Shown piece after piece: positions 1 to 11,025 of a stretch of DNA of 64,000 nucleotides (the stretch's first letter is position 1; each line of letters starts with the position of its first letter). The DNA lies in NCBI RefSeq assembly GCF_018350175.1, contig NC_058368.1, forward strand, positions 171,866,001-171,930,000, in the 5' to 3' direction. Source of the DNA: Felis catus (Eukaryota). The notes beneath the pieces are model-generated. The model saw only the letters and a list, made by a program, of their open reading frames with translations, did not search any database and was not told the origin of the DNA. The position numbers and the translations under genes were made by a program.

Positions 1-65
1 CACATGAGGTAGTTAATAGGCTTTGACATAAATAAAGAAGTTTCAGTGGATAATAGAGTAACAGG

Positions 66-299
66 GGGCGCCTGGGTATCTCAGTCAGTTAAGTGTCCGA
101 CTTTAGCTTAGTTCGTGATCTCATGGTTCTTGGGTTCCAGCCCTGCCTCAGGCTCTGTGCTGACAGCTCAGAGCCGGGGGCCTGCTTCAGATTCTGTGTC
201 TCCCTCTCTCTCTGAGCGTCCCCCGCGCTCACTGTCACGTGTGCGCTCGCTCGCTCTCTCTCTCTCTCAAAAATAAATAAACATTAAAAAATTTTTTAA
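66..299 (+). mobile_element. CanSINE (felid SINEC type)
   Basis: GGGGCGCCTGGGT head, CT tract, AATAAA/A tail; TSD AGAGTAACAGG at 55-65 and 300-310. Confidence 0.95.
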
Positions 300-310
300 A
301 GAGTAACAGG

Positions 311-1340
311 ATGCTACCTTAGATAGGTTGGTGAGAGAAGGGCTTTTTGAGAAGCCCTTTGAGCTAAGAGACCTGAAGGAAGTGATGGAGTAAGCCTTGG
401 AGCTAACTGAGGGAAAATGTTTAGAGGGAGCAGCAAGCACCTTCTGAATGGAAATGTGTTTGGCATATTGGAAGAACAACATTCCAGCAGTGTGGCTGGA
501 ATAGAGCCAGTGAAGGGGAGAGTGGTAGGACAGGCAGAGGCTAGATCAGGTAGGGCATTGAAGGTCTTGGAAAGACTGGATTTTACTCTGGGTGAAATGG
601 TAATCATTGAAGGGTTTAAGCATGGGAATATCCAGATTTGACTTGTTATTTTGGAGGATTACTCTGACTACATGGTGAAAATTGATTGTATGAGGCAAAA
701 TGGAAGCAGGAAAACCAGTTAGGAAAATAATTTAGGTTGGAAATACGCTGCTTGGAGAAGCAGCCCCTTTAATGGTAGAGGAGCAAAGAAACGTTCAGAT
801 TTGTGATACACTTAGAAAGCGGAGTAATTAGGGGGGCTGGGTGGTTCATTTAGTTGGTGTCTGACTCTAGATTTCAGCTCAAGTCGTGATCCTAGTGTCA
901 TGGTTTCAAGCCCCATGTCAGGTTCCGTGCTGAGCATGGAGCCTGTTTGGAATTCTCTCACCCCCCTCTGCCCCTCTCCCCTGCTTACACATGTGCGTAC
1001 TCTCTCTCAAATAAAATGTTTTTTAAAAGTAGAGTATTTAGGATTTACTGATGGATTAGATGTGGAGTATGAGGGAAAGAGAAGTAAAGGACGACTCCCA
1101 AGTTTTTCAACATGACCAACTGGGGAAAGGTGGCACATTTTACTGAGATGGGGGCTATGGGGCAGGGGTAGGGGTAGGTTTGGAGATGTAAATCAATTTT
1201 GTTTTGAATGTGGCTATGTTTGAGATACCTATCAGATAGTATTCAAGTGGATACATTGAATAGGCATGTATATGAGGAGTTTAAGGAAGAGGTAGAAATT
1301 ATCAGTGTATAGGTGGTATTTAGGGCCCTGGCACCAGGTA
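311..1340 (-). mobile_element. Ancient L2 remnant interrupted by a SINE
   Basis: L2-like antisense motifs (GAGAAGGGCTTTTTGAGAAG, GGATTTACTGATGGATTAGATGTGGAG, GGATACATTGAATAGGCA); boundaries approximate. Confidence 0.65.
832..1026 (+). mobile_element. Older diverged CanSINE
   Basis: GGCTGGGTGGTTCA head, GTGCTGAGCATGGAGCCTG body, CT tract, AAATAAAA tail. Confidence 0.9.
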
Positions 1341-3616
1341 TCACCTAAGGAGTGAGAATGAGATTTATGAAACCTTTTAATACTAAAAATGTTTCTTGTA
1401 TCAAAGATTGGGAGCCACTGTGTTGAATAGTAATAGTTACAACATTCAGAGTCTGGAAAGGATAATGAGGAAATTCTCTGAGAAAGAGGCAGGACTTGAC
1501 CTGGACTTCAAAGAATGGATAGGGTAGAAAAGGCTTTTTCCTTCTCTCATGCCAAGTACAGTACTTGTAGTACTGTAGTAGCATGTAGTGAGCATTCTAT
1601 AGATGCTGGTGAATGAACAAAAAGCACTTAGGCTCAGGAGCAGCTGGAGCAGAGGTTTGGTAGCAAGGAAGCCTAAAGTGTTTTAAAAGAAATTCAGAGA
1701 ACTAGAGAAGGAAAGTTTGTTCTGGGAAAGAGTGAAAAGTAAGATTGGGTAGTTCAAAGCTTAAATTGTAAAATGACAGTTATATTTAACCCTAACAGAT
1801 TTCAAGTCTGTTTCTGTTGTTTGTGCAGTGCCTTTAGTGTCTGGCCTCTAATAGATGCTCAGTAAATATTGAAAAAGTGAATATGGAATTCCCAAATGAA
1901 AGATTTATATCTACTGTGTTCTTTTCTTCTCGTTAAAGTACGCTGGAATGCAAACTATGTTAAGTGATACAGGGTTAACCTTACGTTTGCTTCAATTTAT
2001 TATTATTTCTAATGATAAGCATTAAACATTTATATTTTATGATTGATAACAAATTACTTGAGACATACCTCACAACTGGTCAGAAAATACCAGTGGATTG
2101 GCAAAACTGAAGTTGAAAATGAGGAGCTGTGACCATCTTTTATTCAGAGATTAACAGTTATTTTGTTCTTATGGAAATGACTGATTGAAGCCTGTTAATA
2201 GATCATTTTCTTTTTTAGCTGTCAAGGAGCAAACTGGTTTAGAATTATGGCCAGAAAATTGGACATGATATATCTGTGACTATCTAATTTTTAAGGTTAT
2301 ATGATTTAAAACACTAGTTATAATTAGAAATTATTATAAATAGCAAATTATACGCTTACACAGTTTAACTGTTAGAAAATAATTTACCTGATTAATATCA
2401 TACTGAGATTAAAATTGAAATTTTAGTTACATTTTGAAGTAATTAAAAAATAGGATACATTAGGTTTGTGATTATTTTCTTCAGTTCTTGTGTACCACAT
2501 TATTAAAGCTTTATATAGTCATTAAAGGAAATTCAGGAAGTAAACTAAAAAGTAAAGATAACATCCATAAGCTCATCATATGAAGAAAACCAGTATAGTT
2601 TTTGTCTCCCCCAACCCCTCTCTCCCTCCTTCTCATTTTGTCTTTTTTTCTGTGCCTATGACATTCCCACCCCACCCCCCCGTTTAGTCATAGTACAAAT
2701 GTATGTGTGTATATATTTCCAGTTTTAAAAAATTAGGTTATTTGCATTTCTTAGACTATTTTGTAAATTGTATTTTTATTGACTGCATAATAATCCCATT
2801 GCAAGAATCCTTTTTCTTAACTGTTCCCTGTAGTTATTTAGTCATTTTCCATTTTATTTTCATGTGTGCAGTGAACATCTTAGCACATTATGGATTTCTT
2901 TTTCTCTTTATCTTGGCCATTTCCCTTAAGATGAGTTCATAGATAATGGAGTTACTAGATGATAGGCTGCAAACATCTTTAAGGTTAATAATGCATGTTG
3001 CCAGTTTGTATAATGTCTTATAGGCCCAATAAATGTTAATTGGTTGGAAATTAATCATAATGGGAGGGAAATTAGGACCTACAGAGTTCCTGACCTTTAG
3101 TGACTGTCTTAAATCAGCCTTTTGTTCATCTCCAAGTATTTCTTTGTTTTTTTTCCTATAACATATATTCTAGATTATATATAAAACATAAAATGAAGAA
3201 CTTAATGTGTTATTGTAAATACACAAAGTTATTACCCAGGTCAAAAAATAGAACACTGCATCATCGTAGGGCTGCTCTCCCTGTCTTGTTCCTCATCTCA
3301 GAGAGAAAGCATTTAACATTTCACTTCCAAGTACATTGGCCAAAACTTTGTTTTTTGTTATTTTGTTTTTATTTAAACTTCTATCATACTAATGAAGTTC
3401 CCTGCTCAAAATCAATCTTCAGAAATCTGTTGCATTTCTATACACCAATAATGAAGCAGCAGAAAGGGAAATTAAGAAAACAATACCATTTATATTGAAT
3501 CAAAAATAACAAGACATCTAGGAATAAACCTATCCAAAGAGGTGAAAGACCTGTACTGAAAACTATAAAACACTGATGAAAGAAATTGAAGACAACACAA
3601 AGAAATGGAAAGACAT

Positions 3617-4468
3617 GGGAATGCAAGCTGGTGCAGCCACTCTGGAAAACAGTATGCAGGTTCCTCAAAAGAACTAAAAATATAACTACCCTACGACCCA
3701 GCAATTGCACTACTAGGCATTTATCCAAGGGATACAGGTGTGCTGTTTCAAAGGGACACATGCACCCCAATGTTTATAGCAGCACTATCAATGATAGCCA
3801 AAGTATGGAAAGAGCCCCAATGTCCATCGATGGATGAATGGATAAAGATGTGGCATATATATATACGGTGGAGTATTACTCAGCAATCAAAAAGAATGAA
3901 ATCTTGCCATTTGCAACTACATGGATGGAACTGGAGAGTATTATGCTAAGTGAAATTAGTCAGTCAGAGAAAGACAAATATCATATGACTTCATTCATCT
4001 GAGGAATTTAAGAGACAAAACAGATGAACATAAGGGAAGGGAAACAAAAATAATATAAAAACAGAGAGGGGGACAAAACAGAAGAGACTCATAAATATGG
4101 AGAACAAACAGAAGGTTATTGGAGGGGTTGTGAGGGGGGGGGTTGGGCTAAATGGGTAAGGGGCACTAAGGAATCTATTCCTGAAATCAGTGTTGCACTA
4201 TATGCTAACTAATTTGGATGTAAATTTTAGAATAAAATAAAATAAAATAAAATAAAATAAAATAAAATAAAAAGAAATACATAAAAAAAAGGAGGAAGAG
4301 GAGAGAGAAGGAGGGGGAAAGAAGGATAAATGACTAGAACAATAACAACCACAAATAATGATTTTTCCAGTTCAATCATATTCATTGAGCTTTTAAATAT
4401 AACAAAATAACATACCTGTATGTTTTATTTTTTCAAATATTGAATAAATAGTATAAATTAAAAAAAAG
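3617..4468 (+). mobile_element. Nested 5'-truncated younger L1 (3617-~4290) carrying an extra 3' segment (4291-4468)
   Basis: Interrupts host ORF2; 18-bp TSD AAAGAAATGGAAAG(A/G)CAT at 3599-3616 and 4469-4486; (AAAAT)n tail at 4231-4272. Confidence 0.9.
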
Positions 4469-5752
4469 AAAGAAATGGAAAGGCATTCCATGCTCATAGA
4501 TTGGAAGAACAAATATTGTTAAAATGTCTATACAACCCAAAACAATTTACAGATTTAATGCAGTCCCTATCCAAATACCAATAGCATTTTTCACAGAACT
4601 AGAACACATAATCCTAAAATTTGTATGGAACTACAAAAGAACCCAAGTAGCCAAAGCAATCTTGAAAAAGAAAAGTAAAGCTGGAGGCATCATAATTTGG
4701 ACTTCCAAGTTATATTACAAAGCTGTAGTAATCAAAATAGTATGGCACAAGCATATCTATGTAGATCAGTGGAGCAGAATAGAAAAGCCAGAAATGAACC
4801 CACAATTATATGGTGAATTACTCTTCAACAAAGCAGGAAAGAATATACAACAGACAAAAGACAGTCTCTTCAACAAATAGTGTTGGGAAAACTGGACAGC
4901 AACATGCAAAAGAATGAAATGGAGCCACTTTCTTACACCATCCACAAAATAAATTCAAAATGGATGAAGGACCTAAATGTGAGACCTGAAACCGTAAAAT
5001 CCTAGAAAAGAGCACAGGCAGTTAATTTCTCTGCCATCAACCATAGCAGCTTCTTTCTAGATAGGTCTCCCGACACAAGGGAAACAAAAGCAAAAATAAA
5101 ATATTGGGACTACATCAAAATAAAAAGTGTCTGCACAGTGAAGAAAAGAATCAACAAAACTAAAAGACAACCGACTGAATGGGAAAATATATTTGCAAAT
5201 GACCTATGTGATAAGGATTAGTATCCAATATAAATAAAGAACTTATACAACTCAACATCCAAATAATCCAATGAAAAAATGGGCAGAAGACATGAACAGA
5301 TATTTCTCCAAGAAGACATCCAGGTAACCAACATGAAAAGATGCCCATCATCACTTACCATCAGGGAAATGCAAATCAAAACTATGATGGGGTATCACCT
5401 CACACCTGTCACAATAGTTAAATCACAAGAAACAATAGCTGTTGGTGAGAATGTAGAGAAAAAGGAACCCTCCCGCACTGTTGGTGGAAAAGCAAACTGG
5501 TGCATCCACTGTGGAAGACAGTATGGAGGTTCCTCAAAAAGTTTAAAGTAGAACTACCCTCCGATCCAGCAGTTGCACTGCTGGGTATTTATCCAAAGAA
5601 TACAAAAACACTAATTCAAAGGGATACATGTACCCCTATGTTTATAGCAGCATTATTTAAAATAGCCAAGATATGGAAACAGCCCACTGATGGATAAGAA
5701 AGTAGTATATATACAATGAAATGTTATTCAGCCTTTAAAAAGAATGAAATAT

Positions 5753-5948
5753 GGGGCACCTGGGTGGCTACGTATACGACTCTCAGTTTCAACTCAAATC
5801 ATAATCTCATGATTTGGTGAGTTCGAGCCCCACATGGGCTCTGTGTTGACGGTGTAGAGCCTGCTGTGATTTTCACTCCCTCTGTGCCCCTCCCCTGCTC
5901 GCTCTATGTCTCTCTCAAAATAAATAAACTTTAAAAAAATTATAAAAT
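5753..5948 (+). mobile_element. CanSINE inserted in L1
   Basis: TSD AAAGAATGAAAT at 5739-5750 and 5949-5960. Confidence 0.92.
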
Positions 5949-6231
5949 AAAGAATGAAATCTTGCCATTTGCAATGACATGGATGGGTCTAGAGAGTATA
6001 ATGCTAAGTGAAACAAGTCAGAGAAAGACAAATAACCATATAATTTCACTCATGTGGAATTTAAGAAACAAAACAAATGGGCAAAGGGGAAAAAAAAAGA
6101 GAGATAAACCAAGAAACAGACTCTTACCTATAGAGAACCAACTGATGGTTACCAGAGGGGAGGTGAGTGGGAGGGAGATGAAATAGGTGACAGGGATTAA
6201 GAAGTGCATTTGTCAAGATAAGCACTGGGTG

Positions 6232-6452
6232 GGGGCGCCTGGGTGGCACAGTCGGTTGAGCATCCGACTTCAGCCAGGTCACGATCTCGCGGTCCGGGAG
6301 TTCGAGCCCCGCGTCAAGCTCTGGGCTGATGGCTCAGAGCCTGGAGCCTGTTTCCGATTCTGTGTCTCCCTCTCTCTCTGCCCCTCCCCCGTTCATGCTT
6401 TGTCTCTCTCTGTCCCAAAAATAAATAAAAACGTTGAAAAAAAAATTTTTTT
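6232..6452 (+). mobile_element. Young-type felid CanSINE
   Basis: CpG-rich body; perfect 17-bp TSD AAGATAAGCACTGGGTG at 6215-6231 and 6453-6469. Confidence 0.97.
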
Positions 6453-6920
6453 AAGATAAGCACTGGGTGATTAAAACTTAAAAAAAGTTCTCTGTTGTGT
6501 CTTGTTTACTAACAATTTTGTGTTCTGTTTGTTTGAATTTAATGCTTTTCTTTTTTTGTGTGTGACTTTTCATTACCATATGAACTTAATATATTGAATT
6601 ATATTTTATTTAACTGTTAAACCTAATCTGATACCTGGGATAAACCTAATTTGGTTTTACTATATTATCTTTTTAAATTACTGCTGGGTTCAGTTTATTA
6701 ATATTTTGTTTGGGAGTTTACATCAGTGTTCATAAATGAGATGGCCATATTCTTGTTAAGATTTGAAATCAACGTTATGCTATGCTGGCCTCATAAAGTG
6801 AACTGACCCTTATTTTCTATTCTAGAAAAGTTTGTGTTTGATTGGAATTATCTTTCCTCAAATTTTTGCTACAATCTGGCAGAGAAGCCATCTGGGCTGG
6901 GAATTTTCTTTGTGGATGGA

Positions 6921-7145
6921 TTTTTTTTTTATTTTTATTTTTTAATATTTATTCATTTATGAGAGACAGAGAGCACAAGCAGGGTTGGGGCAGAGAGAGA
7001 GGGAGACACAGAATTGAAGCAGGCTCCAGGCTCTGAGCTGTCAGCACAGAGCCCGACGTGGGGCTCAAACTGACGGACTGCAAGATCATGACCTGAGCCG
7101 GATGCTGAGTCGGATGCTTACCCGACTGAGCCACCCAGGCGCCCC
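6921..7145 (-). mobile_element. CanSINE
   Basis: Poly-T, GAGA tract, ends CTGAGCCACCCAGGCGCCCC. Confidence 0.95.
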
Positions 7146-7189
7146 TTGCTGATCCTTTTTATTGCATGTTTGTGTTCTGCTGAACTGAT

Positions 7190-7450
7190 TTCTTTTTTTC
7201 TTTTCTTTTCTAATCTTTTTTCTTCTCTTTTCTTTTCATGTTTATTTCTTTTGGGGAGAGAGAGAGAGATAGAACGAGCAGGGGAGGGGTAGAGAGAGGG
7301 AGACACAGAATCCCAAGCAGGCTCCAGACTCTGAGCTGCCAGCACAGAGTCTGTTGCAGAGCTCAAACCCGCGAACCGCAAGACCATGACCTGAGACCAT
7401 GACCTGAGCCGAAGTCAGAAGCTTAACCCACTGAGCCACCCAGGCACCCC
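7190..7450 (-). mobile_element. CanSINE (middle copy of a local tandem duplication)
   Basis: Antisense SINE body closely resembling the 7497-7744 copy. Confidence 0.93.
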
Positions 7451-7496
7451 TTGCTGATCCTTTTTATTGTATGTTTGTGTTCTGTTGAACTGATAT

Positions 7497-7744
7497 CTTT
7501 TCTCTTTTCTTTTTTTCTTCTCTTCTTTTTTCTTGCCTTTTCATGTTTGTTTGTTTTGGAGAGATAGAGAGATAGAGAGAATGAGCAGGGGAGGGGTAGA
7601 AAGAGGGAGACACAGAATCCGAAGCAGGCTCCAGGCTCTGAGCTGCCAGCACAGAGCCTGTCGCGGAGCTCAAACCCATGAACCGCGAGACCATGACCTG
7701 AGCTGAAGTCAGAAACTTAACCGACTGAGCCACTCAGGTGCCCC
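7497..7744 (-). mobile_element. CanSINE
   Basis: Antisense SINE body ending CTCAGGTGCCCC. Confidence 0.93.
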
Positions 7745-10700
7745 TGCTTTATTTCTTTCCTTATGTTTTTTGGGGGTTACTTTTTTGTTCTTTTATTCAC
7801 TTCTTATAATTCACTACTTTTAACCATTTTTTCCTTTTAATTACATGCATTTAAGGCTAAGCATTTCGTATAAGCGCTGTTTTAGCTAGCTATATTACTC
7901 AAATTATGATATGCAGTATTTTTATAATTCACTTAAAATTATTTCTAATTTTTATTGGTTTTATTGGTTTCACTTTTGGATTAGCTGGAAGTATTATATT
8001 TTTTAATTTCTAAATACATGGAGATACTCTGGTTATTTTTAAATTTAAATTTTATTTCTAACAACTGTACAAGATAATTAGAGAATATATTCTGTTTCAA
8101 CAGTTTCTAATTTCAGACCTTTAAAATTTGAGATCTGTATTATGGCTCAATATATTGCCTTTTTTCCCCCTACATTTATTGAGTGCAGTGTTCTTTATGT
8201 TTTCATTAGGTCATGTTTGTTAATCTTGTATTTCATATCTTCAGTATCATTTTTTTTTGCTTGTATCAGTTATGAAGAAGCATATGTTAAAATATCCTGT
8301 TAAAATATCCTGTTATGATTATGGATTTGTTTCCCTTCGTAGTTCTTTCCATTTTTGCTTTATGTATTTGAGGCTGTGCTAGTATATGTATGGAAATGTA
8401 TAGTAGTTACATATTCTTTTTTTTTTTTAATATAATTTCTTGTTGAGTTAGCTAACATACATTGTATACAGTGTGCTGTTGGTTTCAGGGGTAGATTCCC
8501 ATGATTCATCGCTTACATACAACACCCAGTGTTCATCTCAACAAGTGGCTTCCTCAGTGCCCATCACCCATTTTCCCCTCTGCCCCTCCCCCCATCAACC
8601 CTCAGTTTGTTTTCTGTGTTTAAGAGTCTCTTATCGGCTTGCCTCCCTCTCTGTTTGAAACTGTTTTTTTCCTTTCCCTTCCCCTCCCCCATGGTATCCT
8701 GATAAGTTTCTCAAGTTCCACATATGAGTGAAAACATGATATCTGTCTTTCTCTGACTGACTTATTTCACTTAGCATAATACTCTCCAGTTCCATCCACA
8801 TTGTTGCAAATGCAGGATTTCATTCTTTCTCATTGCCAAGTAGTATTCCATTGTATATATAAACCATATCTTTATCCATTTTCAGTTAATGGACATTTGG
8901 GCTCTTTCTGTGATGTGTCTATTGTTGAAAGTGCTGCTATAAACATTGGGGTACAAGTGCCCTGTGAATCAGCACTCCTGTGTCTTTTGGATAAATTCCT
9001 AGTAGTGCAATTGCTGGGTCATAGGGTAGTTCTGTTTTTAATTTTTTGAGGAACCTCCACACTGTTTTCCAGAGTGGCTGCACCAGTTTGCATTCCCACC
9101 AACAGTGTAAGAGGGTTCCCATTTTTCCACAACCTTGCCACCATCTGTTGTTTCCTGATTTGTTCATTTTAGCCACTTTGACTGGCATGAGGTGGTCTCT
9201 CAGTGTGGTTTTGATTTATATTTCCCTCATGGTGAGTGATGTTACCCATCTTTTCATGTTTGGCCATCTTGGATGTCTTCTTTGGAAAAGTGTCTATTCA
9301 TGTCCTTTGCCCATTTCTTCACTGGATTATTTGTTTTTCGGGTGCTGAGTTTGATAAGTTCTCTATAGATTTTGGATACTAACCCTTTATCCGATATGTC
9401 ATTTGCAAATATCTTCTCCCATTCTGTCAATTGCCTTTTAGTTTTGATTGTTTTCTTTGCAGTGCAGAAACTTTTTATCTTGATGAGGTCCCAGTAGTTC
9501 ATTTTTGCTTTTATTTCCCTTGTCTTCGGAGACATGTCGAGTAAGAAGTTGCTGCAGCTGAGGTCAAAGAGGTTGTTGTGTGTTTTCTCCTATAGGGTTT
9601 TGATGGTTTCCTGTCTCACATCCATTTTGAGTTTATTTTTGTGTATGGTGTAAGAAAGTGGTTCAGTTTCATTCTTCTGCATTTTGTTGTTGACTGTCTC
9701 TTTTCATTGGATGTTCTTTCCTGCTTTGTCAAAGATTAGTTGGCCATCCATTTGTGGGTCCAATTCTAGAGTCTCTATTCCATTGGTCTGTGTGTCTGTT
9801 TTTGTGCCAATACCACACTGTCTTGATTACAGCTTTGTAGTAGAGGCTAAAGTCCACAATTGTGATGCCTCCTGCTTTGGTTTTCTTTTTCATCATTACT
9901 TTGGCTTTCGGGGTCTTACGTGGTTTCATATAAATTTTAGGATTGTTTGTTCTAGCTTTGAGAAGAATGCTGGTGCAATTTTGATTGGGATTGCATCGAA
10001 TGTGTAGATTATTTTGGGTAGTATTGACATTTTAACAATATTTGTTCTTCAAGTCCATGAGCATGGAATGTTTTTCCATTTCTTTTTGTCGTCTTCAATG
10101 TATTTCATAAATTTTCTATAGTTTTCAGCATATACATCTTTTACATATTTGGTTAGGTTTATTCCTAGGTATTTTATGGTTCTTGGTGCAATTGTAAATG
10201 GGATCAATGTCTTGATTTCTTTTTCCGTTGCTTCATTATTGGTGTATAGAAATGCAACTGATTTCTGTACGTTAATTTTGTATCCTGCAACTTTGCTGAA
10301 TTCATGTATCACTTCTAGCAGCTTTTTGGTGGAATCTTTCTGGTTTTCTGTGTAGAGTATCATGTCATCTGTGAAAAGTGAAAGTTTGGCTTCTTTGCTA
10401 ATTTGGATACTCTTTATTTCATCTTGTTGTCTGATTGCTGAGGCTAGGACTTCCAAAACTGTGTTAAATAACAGCAGTGAGAGTGGACATTCCTGTTGTG
10501 TTCCTGATCTCAGGAGGAAAGCTCTCATTTTTTTCCCCATTGAGGATGATATTACCTGTGGGCTTTTCATATATGGCTTTTATGATGTTAAGGTATGTTT
10601 CTTCCATCCCAACTTTCTTGAGGGTTGTTATTAAGAGAAGATGTTGTATTTTGTCAAATGCTGTTTCTGCATCTATTGTCAGGTCATATGGTTCTTATAC

Positions 10701-10790
10701 TTTCTTCTGTTAATGTGATGTATCACATTGATTTGCAAGTATTGAACCAGCCCTGCAGTCCATGAATGAATCCCACTTGATCATGGTGAA

Positions 10791-11025
10791 TTTTTTTTTT
10801 TTTAATTTTTTTTTCAACTTTTTTTTTTTATTTTGTTTTTGGGACAGAGAGAGACAGAGCATGAACGGGGGAGGGGCAGAGAGAGAGGGAGACACAGAAT
10901 CGGAAACAGGCTCCAGGCTCCGAGCCATCAGCCCAGAGCCTGACGTGGGGCTCGAACTCACGGACCGCGAGATCGTGACCTGGCTGAAGTCGGACGCTTA
11001 ACCGACTGTGCCACCCAGGCGCCCC
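10791..11025 (-). mobile_element. Young-type felid CanSINE in L1 ORF2
   Basis: CpG-rich body, flanking GTGAAT repeats. Confidence 0.96.

Larger units (their letters stand above)
3405..6484 (+). mobile_element. 5'-truncated carnivore LINE-1 (ORF2 3' half + 3'UTR) hosting a nested L1 and two SINEs
   Basis: ORF2-like translations ([45 protein letters not shown]); candidate TSD AAGTTCYCTG at 3395-3404 and 6485-6494. Confidence 0.9.
6540..8418 (-). mobile_element. Ancient L1 (L1M-type) ORF2 remnant, continuing at 15577-15840 after the inserted full-length L1
   Basis: Degenerate antisense ORF2 motifs (TGCTGGCCTCATAAAGTGA, GAAGCCATCTGGGCTGG), colinear across the later insertion. Confidence 0.65.

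Noticed and set aside
2219..2296. Possible exon after TCATTTTCTTTTTTAG
   Set aside because: Donor AAG|GTTATA is weak and there is no coding signal; unsupported without transcripts.
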